The notes beneath the pieces are model-generated. The model searched no databases and had not been told where the DNA came from. It worked only from the letters and a program-made list of their open reading frames with translations. Positions 35,137 to 45,285 of a stretch of 59,585 bases of DNA are shown here, in pieces. The stretch comes from Patescibacteria group bacterium. Lineage in GTDB: Bacteria; Patescibacteriota; JABMPQ01; JAQVVF01. The translations under genes were made by a program, and so were the position numbers. Numbering within the stretch: the first letter of the stretch is position 1; each line of letters opens with the position of its first letter. Location: positions 1 through 59,585 of the forward strand of contig JAQVVF010000006.1 of the NCBI GenBank assembly GCA_028699085.1, written 5' to 3'.

Positions 35137-35745
35137 ATGAATATTATAATTCTGTGGTTTATAAGATTTGCCTTTAGTACATTAACCTTATTTGAATTAG
35201 GTAATCTGTTCGGTATTTTTCATTTTGAAATTGATTTTAGCTGGCTTGGACTATCTCTTACAGCTTTAGCTGTTTGGATCGGTCTAGAGTTTGTTCTGTA
35301 TTATGTTAAGAAGAAATTTAACTATACGATTCCATCTTTTGTATTTCTGATCCCTTTGGCAAATATTTTAATTGATTTTTTTGGAGATTTTTGTAAGTTA
35401 TATAGTAGGATTTCTTGGTATGATCAGATGGCTCATTTTTTAGGTGGGGCGTCTGCAGCTGGAGTAACTTTTTTCATAGTCTGTGCATTACTAAAAAGAA
35501 GACGAGTCGATTTTAAAAAATATTTGATTGGTAGCTATGCTTTTTTTGCAGCCTGCTTTCTTGGAACAATCTACGAGCTTGAGGAATATGCAGAAACACT
35601 GTTTTTAGGCAATAATAGACTCGGAGATAGACTTGATACTCCAAATGATATCTTTTTCAATACGATTGGTGCGCTAATCGGAGTATTCATTGTCTATCTG
35701 TATGTTAAACTGACTGACACATTGAGTAAAACCGAAGAGAAATAG
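35137..35745 (+). CDS. polytopic membrane protein (about 202 aa), function unknown
   Basis: Six hydrophobic segments. Conserved-looking WYDQMAHFLGG and DTPNDIFFNTIGA. Start moved from TTG 35107 to ATG 35137. Confidence 0.65.
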   Translation: MNIIILWFIRFAFSTLTLFELGNLFGIFHFEIDFSWLGLSLTALAVWIGLEFVLYYVKKKFNYTIPSFVFLIPLANILIDFFGDFCKLYSRISWYDQMAHFLGGASAAGVTFFIVCALLKRRRVDFKKYLIGSYAFFAACFLGTIYELEEYAETLFLGNNRLGDRLDTPNDIFFNTIGALIGVFIVYLYVKLTDTLSKTEEK

Positions 35746-35786
35746 TTAATTTATAATTTTTAATTTAGTTATTTTGTTATCATATT

Positions 35787-35862
35787 GGGCCTGTAGCTCA
35801 TCTGGTAGAGCGCCTGCTTTGCAAGCAGGAGGTGAGCGGTTCGAGTCCGCTCAGGTCCACCA
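35787..35862 (+). tRNA. tRNA-Ala (anticodon UGC), CCA encoded
   Basis: GGGCCTG TA GCTC ATCTGGTA GAGC G CCTGC TTTGCAA GCAGG AGGTG AGCGG TTCGAGT CCGCT CAGGTCC A CCA, with the G3-U70 identity pair. Confidence 0.95.
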
Positions 35863-35895
35863 AATTAATAATAGAGAGTTAGCTTCTAAATAGAA

Positions 35896-35917
35896 ACAGC
35901 AAATAGCTGTTTTTTTG
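35896..35917 (+). terminator. intrinsic terminator after tRNA-Ala
   Basis: ACAGC aaata GCTGT followed by T7. Confidence 0.65.
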
Positions 35918-35978
35918 TATTTGAAGTATTAAAAAATTCTGCTATAATGATATAACTAATTAAATTAATAAAACAAAA

Positions 35979-36443
35979 ATGTCTAATTTATTTCTGATTT
36001 TCTTTTTTATTATTGTTTTTGCTTTGCTTGGATGGGTAATTTATCTAACTTTCTTAGTCAAATCATATGTTGCTGATAAAAAAGGCGTTTTGGCTGAAGC
36101 GAGAGAAAAGGGATTAGAAAATGTTCTAGATGATTGTTCGAAACAAATCAAAAGAATTGATACTGACGTTAAAGAACTTTACAATATTTCTGATCAGTTG
36201 AATAAAATAATGATGAATAGCTTGACTAAGGTGGGAATTGTCCGTTTTAATCCTTTTAACGATACAGGCGGAGATCAAAGTTTTGCTTTGGCTCTTTTAG
36301 ATGCAAATGATAACGGCGTTATTATCTCCTCATTACATTCAAGAGCTGGTACAAGAATGTTTGCAAAGCCAATAAAGGGCGGAAAGTCAGAATACAATTT
36401 GTCAGATGAAGAAAAACAAGCAATTGAAAAGGCACAAGAATAA
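35979..36443 (+). CDS. DUF4446-family protein
   Basis: N-terminal TM segment, then VGIVRFNPFNDTGGDQSFALALLD..GVIISSLHSR, typical of the family. Confidence 0.75.
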   Translation: MSNLFLIFFFIIVFALLGWVIYLTFLVKSYVADKKGVLAEAREKGLENVLDDCSKQIKRIDTDVKELYNISDQLNKIMMNSLTKVGIVRFNPFNDTGGDQSFALALLDANDNGVIISSLHSRAGTRMFAKPIKGGKSEYNLSDEEKQAIEKAQE

Positions 36444-36448
36444 CCCAG

Positions 36449-36570
36449 AATTTCAAAGCTCAAATAGCAAATGTCAATGAATGAATGATAAATGCTAAAG
36501 TCGCGAATTTAGAAATTTAAAATTTGATATTTGAAATTGATTTGGCATTTGTAATCTTTAATTTGAAATT
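36449..36570 (+). repeat. long intergenic hairpin (AATTTCAAA / CAAATG word family)
   Basis: Left arm AATTTCAAAGCTCAAATAGCAAATGTCAATG. Right arm ATTGATTTGGCATTTGTAATCTTTAATTTGAAATT. Confidence 0.55.
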
Positions 36571-36581
36571 AATCTAAACTT

Positions 36582-36983
36582 ATGTTTAAAAAAAACGTAA
36601 AACCAATCGAAGCTACAGTGGCAGGAGGAGAAGAAAATAACGAAACGATTGTTGGTTCCTCTGTAAAACTAGAAGGTGATTTAGTTAGCACTGGTAATAT
36701 AAGCATCTATGGAGATGTCACTGGCCAAATTAATACAGAAAGAGATGTGACAATTGGCGATTCGGCAACGATTAAGGCTAATATTGCTGGAGATAACGTA
36801 ACTGTTGGCGGAAGAGTTGAAGGAAATGTCAAAGCTGCTGGTAAATTAAGCATAACAGAAACTGGCAAAGTATTCGGCGATGTTGTAGTTTCGTCAATAT
36901 CAATAAGCGATGGTGCGATGTTTTCTGGTCATTGCCAAATGGGAATAGAGGAAAGTGATAACAATCAGGTCAACGAAGATTAA
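36582..36983 (+). CDS. bactofilin (polymer-forming cytoskeletal protein)
   Basis: Beta-helical repeat pattern VKLEGDLVSTGNISIYGDVTGQI..VTIGDSATIKANIAGDNVTVGGRVEGNVKA. Confidence 0.85.
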   Translation: MFKKNVKPIEATVAGGEENNETIVGSSVKLEGDLVSTGNISIYGDVTGQINTERDVTIGDSATIKANIAGDNVTVGGRVEGNVKAAGKLSITETGKVFGDVVVSSISISDGAMFSGHCQMGIEESDNNQVNED

Positions 36984-37068
36984 GCCAAAGTTACAAATAC
37001 CAAGCCACAAGTAAATTCTAAAACATAAATTACAAAGTTTTTGGGATTTGTAATTTGAAATTATAATT

Positions 37069-37917
37069 ATGTATTTTTTTATATACGAATCAAATAAAAT
37101 AAAAGATAAGCAAGCCAAGCTTTTGGATATTATTAGTTTAAAATTTTCTGATCTCGGTATCCGCTACGATAAAGTAACCGTAACGCCTTTGAGAACAGCT
37201 GATATTTTGGCTCATGATGCAATTTTAGAGGGTAGATACAAAACAATTGTTGCAGTTGGCTCTGATAAAACAGCAAGCCAGGTAATAAATACGCTTGCTA
37301 AGCTAAAGAAAGCGAATCCGCAAGTAAAAAATTGGCCAGTTTTTGGAATGGTGCCGCTTAGAGATTCTAGAATCGCTGATGTATTAGGGTTGCCACATGA
37401 CGCAACTATTTGTGATACTTTAACAAGCAGAAAGGTTGAAGTAATCGATTTAGGACGAGCTGATGGTAGTTATTTTATGACTTCTTTTAATGCTGATGTC
37501 GTTGATCGCAAAAAATCTATATGGGATAAATTGACAACTGCAGTAAAATCTTTTTCAAAAACGAGGCTTCCGGAGGTTTCTTTTGATGTTGATAAACAAA
37601 TTTTTGCAAAAACAAAGCTAACAAGCCTATCAGCCATTAATTCTTTGAGCGACATTAATTTTGACGGCAAAGAAAAAATAAAACTGTCAAAAATTACTCC
37701 AAAAGATCAGATGTTAGATTTTATTATGTATGGAGGGGATAAAAAGAACAAAGAATCTGATTTATCCTTTTTTAGAGGCAAAAGAATAAAATTTTATTGT
37801 AAATATAAATTAATAATGTCCTGCGATGGTCAGCCAATTAAAAAAGTACCTGAAGTATTTGAGATTGTGCCAAAAGCAATGGAAGTAATTGTAGGAAAAA
37901 CTAGACGATTTAATTAA
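37069..37917 (+). CDS. diacylglycerol-kinase-catalytic-domain (YegS/BmrU-like) protein with degenerate motifs
   Basis: The layout matches lipid kinases, but GGDGT is replaced by GSDKT (IVAVGSDKTASQVIN) and the GTxND region reads PLRDSRIAD. Confidence 0.6.
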   Translation: MYFFIYESNKIKDKQAKLLDIISLKFSDLGIRYDKVTVTPLRTADILAHDAILEGRYKTIVAVGSDKTASQVINTLAKLKKANPQVKNWPVFGMVPLRDSRIADVLGLPHDATICDTLTSRKVEVIDLGRADGSYFMTSFNADVVDRKKSIWDKLTTAVKSFSKTRLPEVSFDVDKQIFAKTKLTSLSAINSLSDINFDGKEKIKLSKITPKDQMLDFIMYGGDKKNKESDLSFFRGKRIKFYCKYKLIMSCDGQPIKKVPEVFEIVPKAMEVIVGKTRRFN

Positions 37918-37933
37918 AAAATATTTTTAGTAA

Positions 37934-37968
37934 TAAAAAAAACTCGCTTGTGCGAGTTATTTTATTTG
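37934..37968. terminator. bidirectional intrinsic terminator
   Basis: A-run, AACTCGC ttgt GCGAGTT, then a T-rich run. Sits between convergent genes. Confidence 0.65.
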
Positions 37969-37977
37969 GGGCGAAAT

Positions 37978-40893
37978 CTAGCTAATCCTAAATTCTATTT
38001 TGTTGAGGAAAGCTAAGCCGTTAATAACTTTGAATAGGAAACTAGATTTTTTGTTGCTTGACTTATCAGGAACTGTTTTTTGAGGTGTTGTTGGTTTTTC
38101 TGGAGTACTGGCAGCAGCTATAGAAAAAGAGACTTGATTACTAAATATTGCTCTGCCTGTTTCATCAACTGCTGCAGCTTGAACTGAATAAGATCCAGTT
38201 CCAGGATAAGATAAGCTAGTCGAAAATGAATTTCCAGTTGGCGAACCGACCTCATCATAGATAGCGCCATTAAGTAAAAACTGAACCTTCTGTAATGTTC
38301 CAGAATAAGCGACAGTTGCCGTTAAGCTGATTGGAAAATCTTGTTTAGTTAAATTTCCCGAACCTGATGAAGAAAGCGAAATTGAGGAAGCACGATCAAC
38401 TTTTGTTTCAATAGTTACCTGAGAGCTTGCTTTCTGACCAATTTTATCTGTAACTGAGGCCGAAACTGTATGGAAGCCATTTTCGAATCTACCAGTATAA
38501 AATTCTGCTGAATAAGGCTCTGTAGACGCTGAACCGATTGATGTACCGTCTACAGTAAAATCTACGTTTTTAACACCATTTGGCGCAGTAACAGATGCGC
38601 TAACTGTGATAGTACCTTCTTTTATTAAGCCACCTGTTGGAGAAGTGATGCTGATTTTTGGTTTTTTGACAGGACTACAAACATCAGTAGTTTCTTTTGG
38701 AATTTGAGTAATTCCCTTATTATCTTTGCCAGCCCAAGCCTGGACTGCGCTTTCCCAATTGTTGTATTGAGGATCAGCAGCAGGATTTTTAGGAGCTTCG
38801 CCTCTCGGGTTGTCCTTTTCAACATAAAAGAGAATTGAATGAGCGCTACGGATAGTAACTTCTTCGACTGATTCAGGTGGACAATCATCGGTCGCTAATT
38901 TTTTTGTTGTTTTCTCAATCCTAACCTTTTCCTCTGATCCTGATTTACCCATAAGCACGGGCTTGTCAACTTTTATAGGATCATAGCTTTTAAATTCTTC
39001 TACTGGCTGTCCTTCCATTGCTTGCTCCATAAATGAATGCCAAATCGGAGCAGCGACAACAGATCCATCAGCTCCTGAGTTCATTTCGGCGCCACTATTA
39101 TTACCAACCCAAACTCCAGCAGCTAGACTTGGAGTATAGCCAACAGTCCAAGCGTCTTTAAAATTTTCAGTTGTTCCTGTTTTAACGGCAACCTGTCGAT
39201 CAGCTAGTCTTAAGTTTGGTGCAGAACCGAAGACCATTTGACGAGCATTAGTATCTGACAATATGCTTGAAAGCTGACGAGCAACCTGATCTTCAACAAT
39301 ACGCTTTGCATCAGCCTTTGAATTATCTTGGATGACCTTGCCTTTGCGATCGATAACCTTAAGAATAGCTTTTTTGTCATTTTTTAAGCCATCATTTGCA
39401 AAAACGCTATATGCAGAAACTTCATCAAGAAGCTTAACCTCGCCACCTCCTAGAACAAGAGATAATCCATAATTACTAGAATCGCCAAGAGTTGTTATTC
39501 CAAGCTGATGAGCAAAATCAATTGTGTTTTCAAGGCCAGCTAAGTAAAGAGTCTTTACTGCTGGAATGTTTAGAGAATTAGTTAATGCTTGACGCATTGT
39601 TACAGGACCGTGTGTTTGGCCATCATAATTGCTAGGTTTGTAGTTATTGCCGAAATCAGTTGGAACATCATAAAGAATTGTATCAGGGGTATAGCCCTTT
39701 TTAAGCGCTAAAGCATAAACAATCGGCTTGAAAGATGATCCAGGTTGACGATCTCTAATAGTGACATTAACATTGCCTTCATTTTCTTTGTCAAAATAGT
39801 CTTTTGAGCCTTGCATAGCCAAAATCTCACCAGTTTTTGGATCAACTGCAGCTAAGGCAGCATTTGTTGCTCCATAACCATAATTGCGATCAACACCTTC
39901 TGGGATTACTCTTTCAGCTATTTTCTGCAATCTCATATCAAGCGTTGTGTAGACCTTATAGCCACCTTTTTGAACTTCTTTTTCGCCGTACTCTTCAACA
40001 AGCAAATCTTTTACGTACATTACAAAGTGAGGAGCAATTATGCCTTCTTGCTTTTCCACAAAAGCAAATTTCTCTTGTTTTGCCTTGTTTGCTTCTTCTT
40101 TGGTTATATATTTATCATCAACCATACGGTCAAGAATCCATTCTTGGCGAGCTTTTAAAGCGTCTGTATTAGACCCATATGGAGAATAATATGTTGGCGC
40201 TTGCGGAATTGCAGCAAGAGTAGCAGACTCGGCAAGCGTCAAATCTTTGGCTTTTTTGCCATAAAAAGTTTCAGCAGCAGATTCAATGCCAAAAGCATTA
40301 GATCCGTAAGGGATTTCGTTTAAATACATCTGTAAAATGTCTTTTTTTGTATACAGGGCTTCAATTTCAACTGACAAGATCAGCTCTTTAATTTTTCTAG
40401 TATATGTCTTTTCTGCTGACAAAGCAGTGTTTTTTACCAATTGCTGTGTGATTGTTGAGCCTCCTACTCTTTCATCGCTTTTTGTATTTTTTAGCGCAGA
40501 ACGTATAATTCCAATAGGATCAAAGCCAAAATGATGATAAAAGTTTTTATCTTCAGCCGATATTGTTGCTTCTTGAATATATTCTGGCATTTCAGATAGC
40601 GGGATCAAGGTTCTTTTTACGCCACCGTGGATTTCATAAAGAAGTGTTTCACCAGAACGATCAAATATTTTGGTTGATTCGGAAGTATTCTTTGAGTTTA
40701 TTTTTCGTGGAGATGGTAGATCTTTCGCATAATAAGCAAAAATTCCGCCAAAAACAAGCACAAAAAAGGCAACAATGCCAAGCAGAAAGATAATAATCTT
40801 TCTCTGTCTTTCTTTATTAATTTTTGGCTTGTTTCCGCCGTTATTGCCGATATTAATCACTTTTTTCTGATTACTACTTGGCATTTTAAACAT
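37978..40893 (-). CDS. class A penicillin-binding protein (PBP1A-type) with C-terminal Ig-like repeats
   Basis: GT51 motifs EDKNFYHHFG and GGSTITQQL. Transpeptidase motifs SSFKP, SLN, KTGTT. About 250 aa of beta-rich repeats (VSASVTAPNGVKNVDFTVDG ...) at the C-terminus. Confidence 0.92.
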   Translation of the reverse strand: MFKMPSSNQKKVINIGNNGGNKPKINKERQRKIIIFLLGIVAFFVLVFGGIFAYYAKDLPSPRKINSKNTSESTKIFDRSGETLLYEIHGGVKRTLIPLSEMPEYIQEATISAEDKNFYHHFGFDPIGIIRSALKNTKSDERVGGSTITQQLVKNTALSAEKTYTRKIKELILSVEIEALYTKKDILQMYLNEIPYGSNAFGIESAAETFYGKKAKDLTLAESATLAAIPQAPTYYSPYGSNTDALKARQEWILDRMVDDKYITKEEANKAKQEKFAFVEKQEGIIAPHFVMYVKDLLVEEYGEKEVQKGGYKVYTTLDMRLQKIAERVIPEGVDRNYGYGATNAALAAVDPKTGEILAMQGSKDYFDKENEGNVNVTIRDRQPGSSFKPIVYALALKKGYTPDTILYDVPTDFGNNYKPSNYDGQTHGPVTMRQALTNSLNIPAVKTLYLAGLENTIDFAHQLGITTLGDSSNYGLSLVLGGGEVKLLDEVSAYSVFANDGLKNDKKAILKVIDRKGKVIQDNSKADAKRIVEDQVARQLSSILSDTNARQMVFGSAPNLRLADRQVAVKTGTTENFKDAWTVGYTPSLAAGVWVGNNSGAEMNSGADGSVVAAPIWHSFMEQAMEGQPVEEFKSYDPIKVDKPVLMGKSGSEEKVRIEKTTKKLATDDCPPESVEEVTIRSAHSILFYVEKDNPRGEAPKNPAADPQYNNWESAVQAWAGKDNKGITQIPKETTDVCSPVKKPKISITSPTGGLIKEGTITVSASVTAPNGVKNVDFTVDGTSIGSASTEPYSAEFYTGRFENGFHTVSASVTDKIGQKASSQVTIETKVDRASSISLSSSGSGNLTKQDFPISLTATVAYSGTLQKVQFLLNGAIYDEVGSPTGNSFSTSLSYPGTGSYSVQAAAVDETGRAIFSNQVSFSIAAASTPEKPTTPQKTVPDKSSNKKSSFLFKVINGLAFLNKIEFRIS

Positions 40894-41145
40894 AAATTTA
40901 AATTATTGCTGGATAATGGTATATTATCCAGTATTTTTTGTCAATTATATTATAGCATAATTCTTGACAGTATTTAATTTAGGATATAGCATAAACTTGA
41001 GTTATCCACAGGTTCTCAACATGTTGTGAACATATTGATTCTTACTCTTTTGTTTATTTGAAGCTATACTATATTAACAATATTAACAATAAAACGATAA
41101 AAAATTAAAAGGCTTTTTAAAAATAAAAAATAAATACTATTTTTT
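40894..41145. other. candidate oriC part 1 / dnaA promoter region with DnaA boxes
   Basis: Perfect TTATCCACA at 41002-41010. Inverted pair of TTATCCAG boxes at 40909-40916 (complement) and 40924-40931. AT-rich tracts. Confidence 0.6.
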
Positions 41146-42531
41146 ATGGACAATAATCAAATTTGGCAAGGCGTACTTGGAGAGCTTGAACTTTCCTTAA
41201 GCAAGGCAAATTTTACAACTTGGTTTAAGGAAACAAATGTGTTGCTCGCAACAGGCAGTGAATACGTAATTGGTGTTCCGAATGGTTTTACCAAAGAATG
41301 GTTACAGAATAAATATCATAAAGATATCGCAAGAGCTCTTCAAAATATTACATCTTCTAGAGTAACAAAGATTACTTATGAAATTAATAAAAAGAACTCT
41401 GGATCAACATTAGATTTAACCAGACCGGTCGCTCGACCAGCTGAGTCATTCGAGAAAAAACAGAGCATACTGCCTAGCCAAGATATTCAAACTGGCTTGA
41501 ATCCTAAATATATTTTCGAAAATTTCATTATTGGAGCAAATAACGAGCTTGCAAAGGCAGCAGCAACGGCAATTTGCAAAAATCCAGGCAAGATATATAA
41601 TCCATTTTTTATTTATGGTGGCGTTGGACTCGGAAAAACACATCTTGTTCAGGCTATTGGCAATAAGATTTTGCAAGATAACAAAGATGCTCAAATCGTT
41701 TATGCGACTTCCGAAAAATTTATAAATGATTTCATTAGTTTCATTAGAAATAAGAATAATGATAGCAAATCTGGTGATTTTCAAACCTTTTATCGCAATT
41801 GCGATGTCCTTATTATTGATGACATTCAGTTTCTAGCTGGAAAAGTGAGTTCTCAAGAAGCTTTTTTCCACACTTATAATAGCTTGTTTCAAAATAATAA
41901 GCAGATAATCCTAACATCCGATAGGCCACCAAAAGCGATTTCTGGTCTAGAAGCAAGGCTAGTGTCTCGTTTTGAAGGCGGAATGGTAGCCGATATTAGC
42001 GCGCCTGATTTTGAAACAAGAAAAGCAATTTTATCCACAAAGTGCAAAGAAAAAGTTTATAATGTTCCAGATGATGTCTTAGATTTTATTGCTTCTAATG
42101 TCCAAAGCAATATCAGAGAGCTTGAAGGTGCTTTAAGCCGTGTTGTTGCTCATAGTCAGCTGAATAATAGCATTCCAACATTAGAAAGCTGCAAAACCAT
42201 CCTAGCTGACATAGTAATTTTGCCAAGCAAGCAAACAACAAGTTCAAAAGAAATTATTGAGGCTGTTGCTTCTTTTTATGATATTGACCCATCCGATATC
42301 CTCGCAAAGAACAGAAGAAAAGATATCGCTTGGCCAAGACAAATCGCAATGTTTTTAATGAGAAAAGAATTAAATAAAAGTTACCCAACAATTGGAGATG
42401 AAACAGGCGGAAGAGACCATACGACAGCAATACATGCTTTTGAAAAAGTAAAAAAAGAACTAGAAAAAAATAATAATTTAAAACAAGAATTGGAAGCCAT
42501 AAAGCAAAAAATGTATGTAAGCAGTTGTTAA
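41146..42531 (+). CDS. dnaA: chromosomal replication initiator DnaA
   Basis: Walker A GGVGLGKTHL, LIIDDIQFL, sensor motifs, C-terminal DNA-binding domain (RQIAMFLMRKEL..SYPTIGDETGGRDHTTAIHA). Confidence 0.97.
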   Translation: MDNNQIWQGVLGELELSLSKANFTTWFKETNVLLATGSEYVIGVPNGFTKEWLQNKYHKDIARALQNITSSRVTKITYEINKKNSGSTLDLTRPVARPAESFEKKQSILPSQDIQTGLNPKYIFENFIIGANNELAKAAATAICKNPGKIYNPFFIYGGVGLGKTHLVQAIGNKILQDNKDAQIVYATSEKFINDFISFIRNKNNDSKSGDFQTFYRNCDVLIIDDIQFLAGKVSSQEAFFHTYNSLFQNNKQIILTSDRPPKAISGLEARLVSRFEGGMVADISAPDFETRKAILSTKCKEKVYNVPDDVLDFIASNVQSNIRELEGALSRVVAHSQLNNSIPTLESCKTILADIVILPSKQTTSSKEIIEAVASFYDIDPSDILAKNRRKDIAWPRQIAMFLMRKELNKSYPTIGDETGGRDHTTAIHAFEKVKKELEKNNNLKQELEAIKQKMYVSSC

Positions 42532-42760
42532 TAGCTTGTTAAAATCTTGTGGATATTAGAAGAATATCAACAAGCATTTTAAAAAACTATAAAAATATTA
42601 ACTTTTTAAAAAAGATATTAAGGAATAAAGAGATAGTTATTAAGCAGATATGAGAAATCTTTATGGCTTAATTAATAAATAATTGCCGGTTATACACAGA
42701 TTTTTCTTCTATTATTACGTATTATTGTTTATATATACATATACTATACTAACTTACTAA
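42532..42760. other. candidate oriC part 2 (dnaA-dnaN spacer)
   Basis: DnaA-box-like TGTGGATAT at 42548-42556 and TTATACACA at 42690-42698 (each 8/9 to consensus). Long A/T-only tracts in between. Confidence 0.55.
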
Positions 42761-43864
42761 ATGAAAATTGTTTGCACACAAGAAAATCTAGCTAGAGGGA
42801 TTTCTTTGGTTAGTAAAAGTATCGGAAAAGACGCGAACCTACCGGTATTAGCGAATGTACTAGTAGAAGCAAAGAAAGGAACGATAAAAATAGCAGCAAC
42901 TAATTTAGAGATTGGAACTATTTGTTTAGTAAGAGGAAAGGTTGAACAAGAAGGGTCGATTACTATACCAGCTCAATTATTATTAAACTATATATCTAGC
43001 TTACCGAGGAATAATGTTTCTGTGTCAGTAGAAAATAATGTTGTTAAAATTAATTGCGGAAGCTATTCGGGAGAAATTAATGGCATTTCAGCTTCTGAAT
43101 TTCCATTGATTCCTAAGATTGATTGTGAACCTTTTTGTGATATTAAAGCTGATTTGTTAAAAGAGGCTTTGAATAAAGTTGTTTTTGCTGCTGCTCGAGA
43201 CGAAATGAGGCCAGAAATTTCAGGTGTTTTTTTAAATTCAAAAGATGGTAAGCTAAGATTAGCTGCAACTGATAGTTATCGTCTTGGTGAAGTTACTACG
43301 AGTTTATTAAAAGGCAATAATAAAGAGACCGAGATGGTTGTTCCAGTTACTACGATGCAAGAACTTTCTAGAATTCTTGATGAAGGAGCTTCCTCGATTA
43401 AGATGTTTATGATGGAAAATCAAATAAAAATTGTTGCTGATGACGTTATTCTTGTTTCTCGTCTTATTGAAGGACAATATCCTGATTATCTCAAAATAAT
43501 TCCTAAAGATTTTACAACTATTTTAGAGATTCATAAAAGTGATTTTATAAAGGCAATAAAAACAACGAGTCTTTTTTCTAAAACAGATACTAATGAGCTC
43601 AAGCTTAAAGCTAGTAGTCTTAAAAAAGAGATAGAGCTAAGTGCTGAATCTGGTCAGGTTGGAAAAAATATTGCAAAATTAGCTTGCGGATATGATGGGA
43701 AAGATGTCTCTGTCGTATTTAATTCTAAATATTTGATTGAAGGTTTGAATTCAATTAGTTCTGAAGTTATTTTGATGAAACTGTTAGGTGATTCTGGGCC
43801 TGGTATGATCTTGGGCAAGGAAGTTAAAGAGCACTTTTATATTGTTATGCCAATAAAGAAATAA
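42761..43864 (+). CDS. dnaN: DNA polymerase III beta sliding clamp
   Basis: Three-domain clamp of typical length; LPVLANVL, ATDSYRL, LIEGQYPDY. Confidence 0.95.
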   Translation: MKIVCTQENLARGISLVSKSIGKDANLPVLANVLVEAKKGTIKIAATNLEIGTICLVRGKVEQEGSITIPAQLLLNYISSLPRNNVSVSVENNVVKINCGSYSGEINGISASEFPLIPKIDCEPFCDIKADLLKEALNKVVFAAARDEMRPEISGVFLNSKDGKLRLAATDSYRLGEVTTSLLKGNNKETEMVVPVTTMQELSRILDEGASSIKMFMMENQIKIVADDVILVSRLIEGQYPDYLKIIPKDFTTILEIHKSDFIKAIKTTSLFSKTDTNELKLKASSLKKEIELSAESGQVGKNIAKLACGYDGKDVSVVFNSKYLIEGLNSISSEVILMKLLGDSGPGMILGKEVKEHFYIVMPIKK

Positions 43865-43929
43865 AAGAAGAAAAACAAATAATAGTATTGTTTTTTACTT
43901 TTTATTATTATTTTTTAATTTTTTTGAAC

Positions 43930-44661
43930 GTGTCTGGTCATTCGAAATGGAGTACAATCAAGAGAAAAAAAGGAGTTCGTGATATCGTTCGTGGCAAGGT
44001 TTTCACGAAGATGGCAAATTTGATCGCAATTGCGGCAAGAGAAGGTGGTAGCGACCCAGAAGCTAATTTTAAGTTGCGATTAGCAATTGATAAGGCGAGA
44101 AAAAATAATGTTCCTTTGGAAAATATTGATCGGGCGATTAAAAAGGGAGTGAGTGGGGCTGGCAGTGATTTGGCTGAGCAGATTATTTACGAGGCATATG
44201 GTCCAAATGGGGTTGCGTTAATGATCGAGGTTGTAACAGATAGTCGAAACCGAACGGTGCCGGAATTGAGAAAAATATTGTCAGATAATAATGGTAGGCT
44301 TGTCGAAAATGGCAGCGTGGCATGGATGTTTGAAAAGAAAAATGTAATTGAAATTGATCTTCAAAAGAATAGGATATCGGAAGATGAAATGACTTTGTTG
44401 CTTATAGAGAACGGCGCATTAGATGTTGTAAGAAAGGATAATTTTTTAATATCATTTTGGGATTCAGATGATTTAAAGAAGGCTAAAGACTATTTAGGGG
44501 AAAAGAATATTATCGTGGATTTAGTTGAGTCGCGGTTGGAGGCAAAAAATATTATTATGGATGTAGATAAAAACGTCTTGTCCAAAATTAATAATTTGTT
44601 TGCTGAATTGGAAGATCAGTCTGATGTTATACATATTTATGCCAATGTTAAGCTTAAATAA
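43930..44661 (+). CDS. yebC: YebC/PmpR-family transcriptional regulator
   Basis: (V/M)SGHSKWSTIKRKK start motif. GTG start at 43930 preferred over the ORF-track ATG at 43888. Confidence 0.9.
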   Translation: MSGHSKWSTIKRKKGVRDIVRGKVFTKMANLIAIAAREGGSDPEANFKLRLAIDKARKNNVPLENIDRAIKKGVSGAGSDLAEQIIYEAYGPNGVALMIEVVTDSRNRTVPELRKILSDNNGRLVENGSVAWMFEKKNVIEIDLQKNRISEDEMTLLLIENGALDVVRKDNFLISFWDSDDLKKAKDYLGEKNIIVDLVESRLEAKNIIMDVDKNVLSKINNLFAELEDQSDVIHIYANVKLK

Positions 44662-44681
44662 TCTGGGAATAATATAAAATA

Positions 44682-45152
44682 ATGAAAATATTAGGAATTG
44701 ATCCTGGATTGGCAATTGTTGGTTTTGGAGTCATTGTAAAAAATAAAAATAAAATAAAGTTGTTAGCGAGTGGATGCGTATTGACGTCAAAGGACGAGTC
44801 TGTTTATGAGCGAATTGGAGCAATTTACGAAGATATTGTTGGTTTGATCGAAAAATATAAGCCTGATGTTGTAATCTGTGAGGAACTTTTTTATTTTAAG
44901 AATGCGAAAACTGTAATAAATGTTGCGCAAGCAAGAGGAGTAATCATGCTGGCTGCGAAAAAAAAGAGTGTGCCGTTTTTTGAATATACTCCATTACAGA
45001 TAAAACAAGCTTTGACTGGCTACGGAAGAGCTGACAAGAAACAGATTCAGGAAATGACAAAGGGCTTGCTTGGATTGAGCGGATATTTAAAGCCTGATGA
45101 TGTTGCAGATGCAGTTGCTTCAGCAATTTGCCATGCTAATTGCGTGCGATAA
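44682..45152 (+). CDS. ruvC: Holliday junction resolvase RuvC
   Basis: ILGIDPGLAIVGFG, CEELFYFKN, GYGRADKKQ, DVADAVA. Confidence 0.93.
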   Translation: MKILGIDPGLAIVGFGVIVKNKNKIKLLASGCVLTSKDESVYERIGAIYEDIVGLIEKYKPDVVICEELFYFKNAKTVINVAQARGVIMLAAKKKSVPFFEYTPLQIKQALTGYGRADKKQIQEMTKGLLGLSGYLKPDDVADAVASAICHANCVR

Positions 45153-45285
45153 ATATTTTTGAGAAGATCTTGACAATAATTTTATTTTTTTATTTTTTTT
45201 TGCTATAATTTTGGTATAAAACTTGACAGAAATAGATGGTGATGTTGGATTTTGAATTTTTATGTGACAATTTTTTAAAAAAGAC

